DNA of 64,000 nucleotides from Chiloscyllium plagiosum (Eukaryota): positions 43,337,970 through 43,401,969 of the forward strand of contig NC_057718.1 of the NCBI RefSeq assembly GCF_004010195.1. The letters run 5' to 3'. A program made the position numbers and the translations under genes. Position 1 is the first letter of the stretch; every line of letters starts with the position of its first letter. A model generated the notes under the pieces. It was not told where the DNA came from. It did not search any database and was given only the letters and a program-made list of their open reading frames with translations. Shown one piece after another: positions 39,040 to 52,421 of the stretch.

Positions 39040-40020
39040 ATTGAAACATGAAAATATTGTAATTTTGTTCCTCGGAAACATTGCATGAAGCACTGAGATT
39101 TCACCAAGGGAACAGCAAGAGATAGTGCCAGAAACTCTTAAGGATGTCTGAAAGATAGCATTGATTGAAAATTGATTAGCAGATAGGAAATAGAGACCAA
39201 GAATAAATTAGTTGGTTTTTGGTGTGGCAAGCACTGACAAGTGGGATACCATAGGGATACTGCAGTTAATTGGGCCCCAGTTATTCACTATCTCTATTAG
39301 AATCCATATATTATATCCAAGTTTACTGATGGTGAAAAACTAGGTGGGAATGTGAGTAATGAAGAGGATGTAAAGAAGCGTTATGGTGATTTAGACAAGT
39401 TGAGTGAGTGAGCAAACGAATATCACATGTAGCTGAACATGAATAAATTTGGTAGGTAAAGGAAAATGGTAAGGTATTATTTAAGTGGTGACATACAAAG
39501 GAACCTAGTTGTCCTTATACATTGAAAGCAAGCATGCAGGTGCAGCAAGTGGTTAGAAAGGCAAAGGATATGTTGGCCTTCATTAGAAGAGGGTTTGAGA
39601 ATTGAAGCAAGGGCTATTTAGGGCCCTGGTGAGACCACAGCTGGAGTAATATGTGCAGTTCTGGTCTCCTTACCAAAGAAAAGATGTACTTGCCATATAG
39701 GACATGCAGTGAAAGTTCACCAGACTGATTTCTGGTTTGTCCTTTGAGAAAAGATTGTGTTGACTGTGCCTGTATTCACTGGAGTTTAGAAAAATGAGAG
39801 AGAATCAAATTGAAGCAAGTAGGATTCTTACACGGCTGGACAGACAGGATGCAGAAGTGGTTGAGGTTCCAGAATAAGGGGTAATGATCTCAGACTGTGC
39901 AGCAGGTCACTTCAGACAGAGATAAGGAGAAATTTCTGTATAGCATGGCAAACCTGTGGACTTTTCTAATACAGAAGACTGTGGAAGTACTGGACACATT
40001 TAAGAAAGAAATAGTCCAGA
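39040..40020 (+). mobile_element. CR1 LINE RT and 3' region, degenerate
   Basis: gggccccagttattcactatc (LGPQLFTI), SKFTDGEKLGG, KAKDMLAFIRRG and ALVRPQLE. Confidence 0.85.
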
Positions 40021-40388
40021 GACCATCACTATTTTTCTTTGATTTTTCGCATTCTTCTTTGCTGAGGATCAGGTCAGTGGACAACTTGAAAAAAAAAGTT
40101 ATCTCATTGACTGTGTGACACCCATTCCAGTTTATTCACAATGGAGAGAATCACTGACCAATTTATAACATAAGCAAGAATGTCGAACAGATACAAGTTG
40201 ATTTTGTTTTTGATCAGAGAAGCCACCAACTTATGGAACTGCGGCCTCATGCATTTGTTTTTTGGTCCTTTAATCAACCATCATACATAGGCTGTCAAAA
40301 CCACAAATATTTGGCATGGATTATTGTATAGCATCTGCATTCAGTGCTGAGTCCACTTCAGTAGTCCAAAATAAACTATTTGGATGCG

Positions 40389-40638
40389 AGCATAAGAGGT
40401 ACAGTTAGTAAGTTTGCAGATGACACCAAAATTGGAGGTGTAGTGGACAGCAAAGAGGGTTACCTCAGATCACAACATTTAAGAAGCATTTGGATGGGTA
40501 TATGAATAGGAAGGGTTTGGAGGGATATGGGCCGGGTGCTGGCAGGTGGGACTAGATTGGGTTGAGGTATCTGGTCGGCATGGACAGGTTGGACCGAAGG
40601 GTCTGTTTCCATGCTATACATCTCTATGATTCTATGAC
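40389..40638 (+). mobile_element. HER1/CR1 copy with internal deletion
   Basis: VSKFADDTKIGGVVDSKEGYLR is joined directly to the 3' end and the (ctatgatt) tail. Confidence 0.85.
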
Positions 40639-42413
40639 TATAAGGGATATCAGTGTCCAAATACAAAAGCACTCAGAACAACATTAAGTTGGCTAAAAGA
40701 CTTGATTGAAATTCATGCTTGGTGTTAAAGCAGGACAAATATAAAGTTATCACACAAAAACAGATTTTTCTTTTCACCAATTCTTTTTCCATGTTTACAC
40801 CACTGCTGTCATTTACCAGAAAATAGGGCCTACTGTTGAACTATGCAATATTACCTTCTTCTGGGAACACCATTGTTTTCCAGGACTTCTAAAGCTGAAA
40901 CTTGTTAACTTCAGTCTTTTTTTTATTACCTTCAGAAATTTAAATGCCAAGTTTGACATCACTAAACTAATTACATAAAAGCAAAAATACTGTGGATTTT
41001 GAAATATTTGAAATTAAAAAAGAAAATGCCGAGAATGTTTCGAGTCCAACAACTCTTCTAGGTTCTGAAAGAGTTTTTGGACTCAAAATGTTAACTCTGT
41101 TTCTCTTTCCACAGAGATTCTCTATTGCTTTCTGCTTTTTTTACACCTAACTAGTGCTTCTTATTTACTTCATTTCATCACAGAGAGGCTGCTGTCTGGG
41201 CTATGGTGCAGCAAGCTCCTAATCGCTGTCTTCAGAAAATTAGTTTGTCCTGTGGCTGAGTTCCCAATGGATATCTCTGAGCTAGACTAAAAATGCAAAT
41301 GAATCTATTACCAACAAATGGTTGGAAGCTAATGTTACATCTTTGAACTGAATGAAATTCCTGCTTCAGGCAAGTTATGCTCAGATTCTGCAAAAGTGGA
41401 ACATGGTGACCTATATATTTAGATTTTTCACTGATAATTTGATAAGATTACCTCACAGGAAACTTATGGTTAAAGTGAATCTCGTGGAATAAAAGATGAT
41501 TTTGTAAATTGTTTAGTAATTGCCCAGGAAATAGGAAACAGAAGATACTTATTCATGGTAATACAGCACTTTCAATTGACCATCTGCGACTCTTGAAGTC
41601 CTCCAGAGACTGGTTGAAGGTATTCTCAATAGGATGCTTAAGTTTGTGGATAGTACAAAGTTGTGTTGGAAAGCAAATGTTCTATGAAGACAAATTTCAT
41701 TCCTGCACCTGCATACAAGATGGATAAGTCAATTAAAATAGAGAATATCATATAATTATTGCTTGCAAATATCAAGAGTGTCCAGTGAATTAGTGTCCCA
41801 AATTTTCCTGTCACTGGATTGTTGGAGACAGATCGAGGTCAGAAAATGAACACCATAAACTTGTGGAGATCCTGAGACATACATGGGAATTTCCCAGGGA
41901 GGTCAATTTTCTGATTAACTGATTCTTTGAGTTGTGAGATCCTCTTCGGAACATCTCTGACCAAGAGTTCAAGTTGGGAGAGTTGAGCTAAACACGTGGG
42001 ATTTGCTTGTGTCCTGAACCTGAAATGTTGGATAGTTTAAAAACTGGTCTAACAGCTTTGCAACTGTACCCTTATCCTCTATCCCAAACACCTGACTATC
42101 CACACGCTAACCACCGACCAATCTCCCCCACCCCAAATGTCTAACTATATGTTTCAGGGTTTTGTTATAAATTATAGGAAGACCAAGAGGTAGACCTGTA
42201 GAACTTGAACAGGAACAGTTCATTAAGTATCTTTACAGTTATGTAGTAAGACGTAGACTGCACCCAAGCTCCACCTCTCATAAAGGGGCAGCATGTACCT
42301 CCAACTACATAGGTAACACCCCTCCCTGCTTTATTTCAAAAATTCCCACAAATGAAATATATACATGATAAACAAAATCGTATGCATTGTAACCAACATA
42401 TGTACAGAGTCAG

Positions 42414-42989
42414 TGTTGCAGTGTTGTGGGCTAGTCCAGACTCCCTCAAATATATATTAAGAAGGTCATCGAGACCCAAACTTTTCCTTATTTTAAAGAT
42501 AAGTGTGAGGTCATGTGTTCCAGAAGCAATTTGATTGGTCAAACTCCTCAACATTAACCAGAACACTTAACAGAATAATAGATACAGTAACTATTATTAA
42601 TTAACTGTTCCAATATAGTAACATCCCATTGACACAGCCTTGGAAAAAGGCAAACACAGACTGTCTTACATGCAACTCTCGTAGCAGCCCAGGAGGAGTA
42701 AACTCAGAGAGAAAGTGTAGGAGCTGGGAGGGATTCACTACCTTCCAACTCTGCTGAGACCCCAGCAATAACTGCTGCTTAAAACCTAAGGAACTCAAAT
42801 TTGTGGTTCTGCGGGTGGGAGTTTGACCACACCCATTCTGACTGTTTCTATTGTCCCAACTTTTAAAAGAAACACCCAAGGCTTCACAGGTTGTTTATCT
42901 TCTCATCGACTGTTTGGCACGATTTCCCCATCTCTCTCTCTAAATGAAACCAGGACAGAATAAATTCTTAATGCCACAGCTTCATCACA
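42414..42989. mobile_element. Solo LTR nested in the Gypsy element
   Basis: TG...CA ends with a 5-bp TSD GTCAG at 42409-42413 and 42990-42994. Confidence 0.65.
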
Positions 42990-43225
42990 GTCAGAATATT
43001 AATAAAACACAGAAAACATGGGAGAATGACCATTACCCCTCTGCAAGCCATTGCTTCTGTAGTCTGCATAGACATGATTCGTTTCTACAACCATCTCCTC
43101 AACTCAGGAGCCTTATTTGGTGTAGTCTTCTGGACATTTGGAAACTCCTGCCATTCAACAGATGCATCCCTCTCTGATTGGCTGCCATATTGCTGTGATG
43201 CAGCTACTTTCTCCTCCTTGGGTAT

Positions 43226-43535
43226 TCCCCCTTCCTCATTTCCCCTCCCCCCACCTTATCTCAGTCCCAACCCTCGGACTCAGCACCGCCTTCTTGACCT
43301 GCAATCTTCTTCCCGACCTCTCCGCCACCACCCCCTCTCCGGCCTATCACCCTCACCTTAACCTCTTTCCACCTATCGCATTCCCAATGCCCCTCCCCCA
43401 AGTCCCTCCTCCTTATCTTAGCCTGCTTGGCACACCCTCCTCATTCCTGAAGAAGGGCTTATGCCTGAAACTTCGATTCTCCTGCTCCTTGGATGCTGCC
43501 TGACCTGCTGCGCTTTTCCAGCAACACATTTTTCA
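43226..43535 (+). mobile_element. PLE 3' fragment with hammerhead motif (43443-43478)
   Basis: attc-CTGAAGA-agggc ttat gcct-GAAA-ct-TC-gatt; TSD cctccttgggtat at 43213-43225 and 43536-43548. Confidence 0.88.
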
Positions 43536-46500
43536 CCTCCTTGGGTATGACCAACTCTTGGCTAGGAGATGCATGATTCAGTTGACACCACAGGTCCCAT
43601 CTGGCCTGGCTCTGAATTTTCAGGGACATCTCCCCCATGGTGTGGAACCATGGCCAGCTGGCCTACGTGTCTGTAACTGATATGACAATGTTCCTGTTTG
43701 AGCCACCATCATTGCTGGAACCCATTACTCTCCAGATGTATAAATCTGAGCCATGACAGTTTCTCCTCTTTTGAATATCCTTAACTTTGGGGGCTCCTGC
43801 CATTCTGGCTATCTGTCCTTCATGATTTCGCTCTATCACTTCTCTGATTTCTTCTGGCTGCACCAGTTCTCAGTTGGTTTTGAATGTCAAGCATGCCAAC
43901 AAGCACGGGGTAATTCTGTGTGGCATGTTATAGTACACGCTGAGGAACTTATTTATTTAGCATCCTAACAAACCTCCCTTTGTGAGCCCTTTAATGTTGA
44001 TTCAGGATTTGCACAAATCTCTCTGCCTGGCCGTTTGTTATGGGTACTATGGAGCTGATCTCACATGTCTGAATCTGTGCTATTCTAGGTACTCCTCGAA
44101 CACGTGCATCACAAGCTGTGGATCATTGTTACTTTGCAACTTGCTTGATATGTCTGAACCTGGCAAGTATTTCAGCCAGTCACCCTATTGTTGCTTCCAT
44201 GGATACCAATTTCTGAACTGCCACCTCAGGTGACTTGGAGTCAGCATCCATGGCTGTTAGTAACATCTGTCCCTCTACTGCTAACTGTGGCAGTAACACC
44301 GGGTTGAAATGAGTTAACACTTCCAACATTTTTAATGCTTGATTCACCTTCCGGTACACCTCCTTACATCCCCAGGTCCATCTCCACCATTGCCTTTTTC
44401 TCAGCAACTGATGCCAGGTTTTAGCATCCAAGACAAACTTGCCATAAGAATTGACAAATTCTGAGGATGATCTCAGCTGAGACACATTCTCTGGTCTAAG
44501 GGTCTTCATGATGCCTTCCATCTTCTTGGGTGCTTTGTGTAATCCCTTGCCATTGTGGCCCAGCTACTCAATGGAATCCATAAAATACTCACTGTTCTCC
44601 CTTTTTACTTGTAGGCTGTGCTCTTGCAAACGTTCCATGATTTCTTTGTTATTAGGTTTCAATGGATGGCTTTGTGTTGCAGGCCACAAACCAACTTGTC
44701 CAAGGAATCCTGGAGGATCCCTCCGGATTCACATGTTCTGCTAACATCCTTATGGCAGCCACAAATTGGGTGACAGATGCTCCTTCCCATTTATAAAAAT
44801 GGAAATGTTCTGCAATCATCAGTGGCATTTGTGCAAAATGACTTTCTTACACTTCACATAGTTCTTTATGGGTTTTCTTTGCTGGTTTCTCTGGTTGCAC
44901 TAGACTCCTTTGAGTCATGAAGATTTCACTGCCAATAGTCCTCAAGAAACCCAATACCATTAAAACTTCAGCCACTCTGTCTGCCTTCAAGTATGCATTA
45001 AAACATTCAGTGCACAGAAACCACCTTCTCTTTCTTTGTAACATGGTGCCACTGCTCCAAATTGTTCCACCATTTTGTTTTTCCGCCACTCAATAGCTGC
45101 TTGCAGCCTGAGTCTGCTCAGTAAGTGTTCTTTGTGGTGATTCCAGTAAGCTCCCTGGTGAATATTCCCCTCTTTAGCCTAAGCCCCCTCTCTTCGTTCT
45201 CAACCCATCGCTCTCAGCCCACTGCCCAGTGAGTACTGTTCTTCCCCAGCATCAACTGCAGCTGAATCCTACGACTGCTTCCCTCAGTGTTTTGATCCAT
45301 CTCCCATTAAGTCCTACCAGGCTACTTCCTCAATCCTGTGCTGTTTTCAAAGTCTGGGGTGTTCACTCTCCTCCTTTCCTCTTGAAGCAGTAGCACATAG
45401 TGGGCTCTGATCCCATTTTCATCACAGTTATTACGTCTCGGGTCTAATTACTTGAACAGGAACAGTTTATTAGGTGTCTTTACAGTTATGCAGTTAGAGC
45501 TAGACTGCTCCCCAAGCTCCACCTTTGGGTCACCTGACCTACACAAGATAATTGAATCTTAATAAGATGCTATTTACTTATTGAAGATGTTTATTTTTGT
45601 AACCAATGCTTTTAAAGGGGTAGCATACACTTCCAACCACACACATAACACCCACCACCCCATCTACCCTCATACCCACCTCTCAGACCTACCCACATGT
45701 ATATACCTACATGACATACCAGCCTGCCCACTCACCCACCTTATTTACCTCTCCATTCACTCACACTGCCATCTATTCACTCGCTCATTAATTTCATTGC
45801 AGACCTTTAAAATCTTATCGAAGTACAACAGCTGTATGAAGGAGAAGGATGCTTTTTTTCTCCTGACTCTATACAGCTCACTGGACTTACCAGGAAGATA
45901 CTGCACTGGCCATTGTCTCTGCAGCCGGAATCAAAAGATCATGGAAGAAATGGGCAGTAATGTTGATTAAAAGCTTTGCCGGGAGTGACAATAGACCCAG
46001 CATTGCCACTGAGCTGAGGCTGAAGCGAATGCGTTGCAAGAATTTTACTGGGTTTACTAATAGTTCAGACACTTTAAGGTGGATCACTATAATGTAGTCA
46101 AGATTTACTGATATTTAATACAACCACAGATTCAAAGGCTGGACCTTTACACCCCTGTCTTTTACTGTATGCAGATGGTGGGGTGGTGTTGGGGGGTTGG
46201 GGGGAGGGTGTTGGTGGTGGTAAAATCAAATGGCATGATGGAGCTCCTGTGAAAGTTACCCTTCTGTCTCTTGTAGCATTTTGGTGCATTAGGAGTTGAG
46301 TGGTGCACCGACATTTGGAATTGAAATCCTTAATGCCCATTTAGCAATTACTTAAGGCATTCCTCCTGCTATCACTGGTATTTTAACAGCATTGGTGTAC
46401 CCAGGTCACATAGCACGGCTGCAGATAAACCCTGGTGGCCTAGATTCTTGGGTGGTTGGCAAAGTGGCCTCTCTTTCAGGCAATCTGTGCCCCATGGAAG

Positions 46501-46759
46501 GCCCTATAGCAGCAAGAGCAGCTATTACTTGTTATGCTCCAACACCCTACTGTGATCGCCACCTCACCTCTCCATTCACTGGGGTCTGATAGTCTGGCCA
46601 TGGCAAAACTGTTCCATCGTCTGGTAATCTACCTCTATCACTGATCCTCTTTGGCCATAAAGTTCTGTTTCTGGCTTCTCAGCTCATTTTTTCTTTTGTA
46701 ACAAATGAACACTGTCACCACCTCCCCTTAAAACTTTGGCCATAAATTTTACCGCATAG

Positions 46760-47340
46760 AAGAAACCATCTATCTAGCTTTTTGGAACTGTCCAATTCAT
46801 TTGTGCAGTTTGCCCAGTAGCCTGGGAATTAATAGTCTTCCAGTTTTGCTTGAAAGTTCCTCTAGAATTTGATTTCAGCATCCTTTCAGGTAGCATGCTC
46901 AAACCTTTATGGCAATTTTCTCCTCACTTCCACTCAACCTCATCCTTTTACCAGTAATTTTAAATCTATGACCCCTGGTTATAAACTTGCTTAGAGAGAG
47001 AGAGAGAAGTTCTCTCCAATTGTTTTGCAAAAACTCCTCACGAGTTTGAATATCTTTATTAGATCACCCTCAACTCTCTACACTGCAGGGGGAACAATCC
47101 CAGCTTCACTATTCTCTTAATTTTAACTGAACTCCACCATCCCTCATGACATCTTGGGTAACATGAGTAGCCTCTTTAGGCCTTGATATCCTTCATAAAA
47201 TATGGTGCCCAGAATTGTACTCAATACTCCAGTTGAAGCCTATCCTGAATTTTATGACTTACATCATTTTGAATCCAATGTCCCATTGTAAAACAAACCA
47301 AGCACCTGTCACATTTGGATGTATCCCACACTATTTTGCA
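46760..47340 (-). mobile_element. Old CR1 3' fragment
   Basis: taaatctatgacccctggtt and ggtgcccagaattgtactcaatactccag, reverse-strand CR1 motifs. Confidence 0.65.
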
Positions 47341-48199
47341 CCCCACTTAAATCAGTAACATTTAGATTACATAGCCTGTCTCTTCAGGTGAGCAGTTGGT
47401 ACTGAAGCAGTTTGCTTGCTTTGTGTATTGGACAATTTAACGGAGTAAGTGCTATTACTATTGAACAAGACTGTAACAAATCACTATTGAAACTGTAACC
47501 TCACACTGCTTAGAAGGGATTAAGTACACAAGATAATTGAACCTTAACGAGATGCTATTTACTTATTGAAGATGTTTATTTTTGTAACCGATGTTGAGAA
47601 GTGCTACCTGAAACTTGACACCCATTAGGAGTGATTAAGCGTACACCTTACCATATACTGTAATAAAGTGCATACTACATAATAAATACCTGTTGCTGCT
47701 CAAAATACAGGGAAGTCTTGCATACTTGAAATCAGAATGAAATGATCTCATCTGATTCTAACCCCATTTTACGTTGCACCTGTTTTTTGCAGTTAATTGC
47801 CATTCAGCAGATATTTGCCAAAAAAAAAATCCCTTGTGCCAGTATCATCTTTAAAAGGTCACTGTGCACCCAGACAAACATTGGCAATTTAACATTGCCC
47901 CACACTGGCATCGTAATAGAACAGCAGTCACAAAACTACTCTGTTCACATACATAGCTGCCTTGGCTGACACTATTTTGCACATTGAACCACAGTCTCCC
48001 ATTCCAGTCTCTACTTAACCACCACACTTCATAATTCATCTGTTCTGAGTTACATCCCATCTAAACATTCTCTCTAAGATACCATCATCCTGTTCCCAGT
48101 GACCACTGTAGACCTGCAGCTTGCCATTGTTCAATAGGGGAACGTTACATATGGGTAAGCAATTGTAAAATTGCAAACAGAAAAATCCTCAGGAATATA

Positions 48200-49390
48200 A
48201 TTGCCCTTGATCTTTGACTGAATTTAACAAACAGTCACTAGATATGTCTGACCAGAGCTTCAATCACTGGGTTTGTTGGTCTCTGATGGGCAACATGTGA
48301 TTCCCCTGCCGGCTTGCAATAACCCTACAGAATTGACTGTTTCTCACTCCCGGGACTGCATTCAGACATAGCGCTAACTGTGCCCAGCATGAGTGGCTGA
48401 CTGACTGTGGACTATGCTTGCGACTATGCTTGGTACAGAGACATGCTGACTGAGAGCAGCCCCTGCCACCTTTTCCCTCTGACTAGACTAGAGATCAGCT
48501 GGTGCCCACTTTTCAGCAGAGCAACATGGTGGAATAAATGTGCAGCGTGCTTGCTGTCATTATTAGTTTGAGATTTTTGTTTCTGTACAGCCAGATACCT
48601 CTTGAATCTGGAAAGATGCTGAATGACAAGCAAGACAAGCAGCCTCTGTATGTGTTGATGCAACAGAGCACCTCAATGCTGAGAGCCTTTGGCTCTGGTT
48701 GAAATGCCAATGTGTGAATAAGCATGGCAATGCAAGGCATGACATGAAGCATACGGGTAGGTGGGAAGTGAATGAGTACTAAAAGGACAAGACAGCGGTC
48801 CTGAGATGCATCCTGGTCCACTCCATGAGCTGGGTGTCAATTGGTGCACACAAAGTATCCTTGCAGCAGCCTCTCAATGCAAGATGTTGGTGGGCCCTGC
48901 AATGCAAGTCTGTACTTCCTAAGAGTCCTGTGAATGGATCAGAGAGGCTCCTTGAGCTTTGTGAGGGATTGGCAAATGTTAGATGTTACTGTCCTTAGAT
49001 GAGAGGTGCATGCGGCTGATGCTGATGGATCTTGCCCTGAGGTACTATTTGGTGCTGGGCCACATGGAGGCTCCTCACAATCAACGATGGGTGAGATGAT
49101 TTAGCCAGGTATGTGCTCTGACTTCCATGGTGGGTATTCTCGATATCGAGTTTGTTCAGCTCATTTAGTAAGACAAGTACCTGAATATTAATGAGGTGAG
49201 TTGTGGCATTAATAAGGCATTTAACAAATTATAATCGCTGTTTATTGGGAACTCATTGCTACCTCGTGAGAAACTCACCTCTCTGCTCAGCACTTAAAAG
49301 ATGCAATGGAATGCTCCCAAAGCCTCACGGGACTTCTTACCTGATTCTGTCACAAATCTCTCCACAGTCCCTGTTGTTCATGCCCCTATA
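48200..49390. mobile_element. Harbinger-like non-autonomous relic
   Basis: The right part aligns by eye with 23280-23600; the left boundary is uncertain. Confidence 0.35.
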
Positions 49391-50877
49391 AGGTTCTTCC
49401 CACCGAGTAGATGGCAACAGTAACAAATCACTTGTCTGTACCACTGGAACTGGAAACATAATAAAAATCCCCACTGGCATTTTTGTGATGCCACATGAAA
49501 AGGTAAATTGTACAAGGGCATAGACTGGGCTTTATATTTTGTGATTGTCAGTATGTTAAAAACGGTAACATTGTATTCCAAAATGGAATTTCTTTCTATT
49601 CCTCATTGTCAGTCTTTTGACAGCCTGGTCAGTTTGGGATTGGATTTCCATTGCGATTCAACAAACATCCACTGTAACTGGCATAGAAGTGGCAGAAATC
49701 CTTGAGAAATGGTTTTATTTACTTTGTTTTTCTGTAGTTCTCCTGTCAAACGTCCATCATTCAGGTAAGGGTGAATGGGGCAGCTTGGCTTCATCTGTTC
49801 CCTGTGAAATTGGTCAGAATGGGAGACAAGGTCATGGGATTTTTATGTCCCACTCCCTGCAAATGTGTGAACAGCAGACTAAAACATTATGCCCAGGTCT
49901 CAACAGCAGTGAGGCTACAGTCATTTTCTCACCAGTTAAAGACAGTGGGAAGAGAACCGGGACAAAAGTGGTTCAACCACGTAAATTTTAAACTTTTCTT
50001 GTGGGACTAACTGGAACAGCCAAGTTTTCTAAGCCCCATTAGGAAAATTCAGGCCTTCCTTCCACAGCCTCTGTTCACCCCTTCCTGAGCACATGAAGCC
50101 CATGAAATGGCTCCTGAAGCCAATCTGATCCTGTCACCACCTGAAGGCCACAAGCAGCCTCTGGGTCATACAATTTTTTCAGTTGTTTCTCATTCCAGAC
50201 AGAAGTCAGATTGCAGAAGTTAAATGAGGCCTGAGAGTGAAAATACTCGGGGCTTCATTTCTGGAGCAGCACATGAGTTTCCCAAGGATGAATTAAACAA
50301 ATGTGTGTAGTTGGATGTGGACCAGAAAGTCTATCAATTGTGCAAACTTAAAAACCATCATCAAATGCCATGCAACTCTGTTCCTCTGCCATATCTTCTT
50401 TTGCTGTGTAATCCTCAAACCATATTTTAGCTGCTTCAATTTTGTTGAAAGCAGTATTACCTCAGGGTAAGTTGATTTCACACGAGTGAAGAAGGGTTGT
50501 AATGAGAAACAGTATTACAGACATCCAACATATGAGGTGGAAAATTGCAGAGAAATAATTTGCATGTTAGTTCAGCATAAAGCAATTGCATTTTTTTATA
50601 CATCTAAACCTGACAGAGAGTATATTATCAAATACATTTCTACAACAGAAAATTTTAAAGTTGTAATAACCACCAGATAAAGACGACAGTAGACTTTATA
50701 CTTTCACTGTGTTTACCTCATGTATCTTCCAGATTTATAAGTTACTCTGTTTAGCCACCCTATTTACGTCATCATACCTTTTGTCCATTCCCCATTTTTA
50801 AATAAGGGCAAAATATTTACATATTGATCTCTCTCATTGTGTAAGTGGTATGCTTTATGCTGAACTAACATGCAAAT

Positions 50878-51217
50878 GAGGTGGCATGGTGGCTCAGTGG
50901 TTAGCACTGCTGCCTAACAGCACCAGGGACTTGGGGTTGATTCCAGCCTCGGGCAACTGTCTGTCTAGAGTTTGAACATTCTCCTGGTGTCTGCGTGGGT
51001 TTCCTCCGGGTGTTCAAATTTCCTCCCACAGTCCAAAGATGTGTAGGTTAAGTGGATTGGCCATGCTAAATTGTCCAATGTGTGCAGGCTAGGTTTATTA
51101 GTCATGGGAAATGCAGGCTTATAGGCCAGGGAGATGGGTCTGTGTGGGATGTTCTTTGGAGGGCTGGTGTGGATTCAATGGGCCAAATGGCCTGCTTTCA
51201 TGCTGTAGGGAATTTAT
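50878..51217 (+). mobile_element. HE1-type SINE, older subfamily
   Basis: ggtggctcagtggttagcactgctgcc head, the same core, and 3' gggccaaatggcctgctttc. Confidence 0.88.
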
Positions 51218-52217
51218 GCTTCAATGTCAGTCTGGAGGCCTAGGTAACTGATCTCCTTTACTATGGTGACTGATTTTTATTTCCCGCCCTCTCCTATGTT
51301 GTAGCTAAGAGAAATATGGCAAAACCAATCGTGGGAAAAAAGACATGCTGTCATTCTGCTGCTCAGCAAAGTGAGATTCCAAAGTATTATTCAACCAAAA
51401 AAAATCTTTTGATCTACAATGAATAATCCTATACTAAACGATTTCTCTCAAAAGTACAGATCTCTAGAGATTCAAACAGATGCACAGCGGACATACTCCA
51501 CTGACATCTGGCAAGAGGTTCTTGAAACAGAGTGTTGGCCAGCTTCCACTGAGTTATGCATAGTCACGATACAAAATAATCAAGAGATATATTTTTCTTT
51601 TAAACCACTCGGTTGGGCCATGCTGAGGTTTCAGCATGTACTAGTAAACAGTGTCACACACTGTCGAAAGAAGAAAAAAGACAACTCATAGTCAGTGTGC
51701 ACACCGATTAACTAGATAGTATGTAGTGCTGTGAAGTATTCATACCTGCATCTTCATGTTTGATCTTAGAGAAAGCCCATCTGCTTTATTAGTGAAGTGT
51801 CTGGCATCCCACAACTTACAGTAGGGTTTCTCAGCAGAGGTCTGATTTATTTGTCAATAGACGAGCATTGTTAAATTAATATAGCATTGGAGGTATATTT
51901 CAATTTTGTAAAGTGTTACTGTGAGTGCAATAAGCTTGTGGAATTGAATCAGTGTGTACTGCATCAGTGCAACGAGTTCATATTTACATGGAAAATATTT
52001 CAAGTTTTAGAAGAGACTACACTACGGCTTGGGGATGCCAGATTAGAGGTTTAAAAGTTTGTAAATAAATTCCACACTATATTTCATAAAAGTAGATATT
52101 TTGAATTGATTCATTATCCTGTCGAATATACACACAATTGAATCCTAAATTAGAGCCCAGAGTTTGAAAAGCACCAGCCATGGTTACAGTTATTGGAGAC
52201 TCCACTCACTGCTGGAA

Positions 52218-52421
52218 GAAAGTTAAAAATCGCACAACACCGGGCTGTAGTCCAACAGATTTATATGGAAGTACAAGCTTTCAGAGGACTTCGCCTTCAT
52301 CAGGTAGCTAGTGGAGCAGGACCATAGGACACAGAATTTATAGCAATAGATCATAGTTTCATACAACTGATGCAATATATTGAACAAGCCGAGATTGCTG
52401 TAAAGTCTTTTATCTTTTAGA
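52218..52421 (-). mobile_element. PLE family-2 3' end with hammerhead motif (52272-52306)
   Basis: Homologous to 61733-61900; reverse complement tac-CTGATGA-aggcgaagtcctct-GAAA-gc-TT-gta. Confidence 0.8.

Larger units (their letters stand above)
42163..45650 (-). mobile_element. Degenerate Gypsy LTR retrotransposon with both LTRs (~42163-42318 and ~45426-45650)
   Basis: Shared LTR core acttgaacaggaacagtt.att...tctttacagttatg.ag...tagactgc..cccaagctccacct...aaagggg.agcat...taaca. PPT at 42319-42332. gag-like FLRTIGSEIF...LVQPEKP, LEVLTHFNPVLLPQLA and integrase DPQLVMHVFEEYLE*HRFRHVRSAP*YP...GQAERFVQ. Confidence 0.8.
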
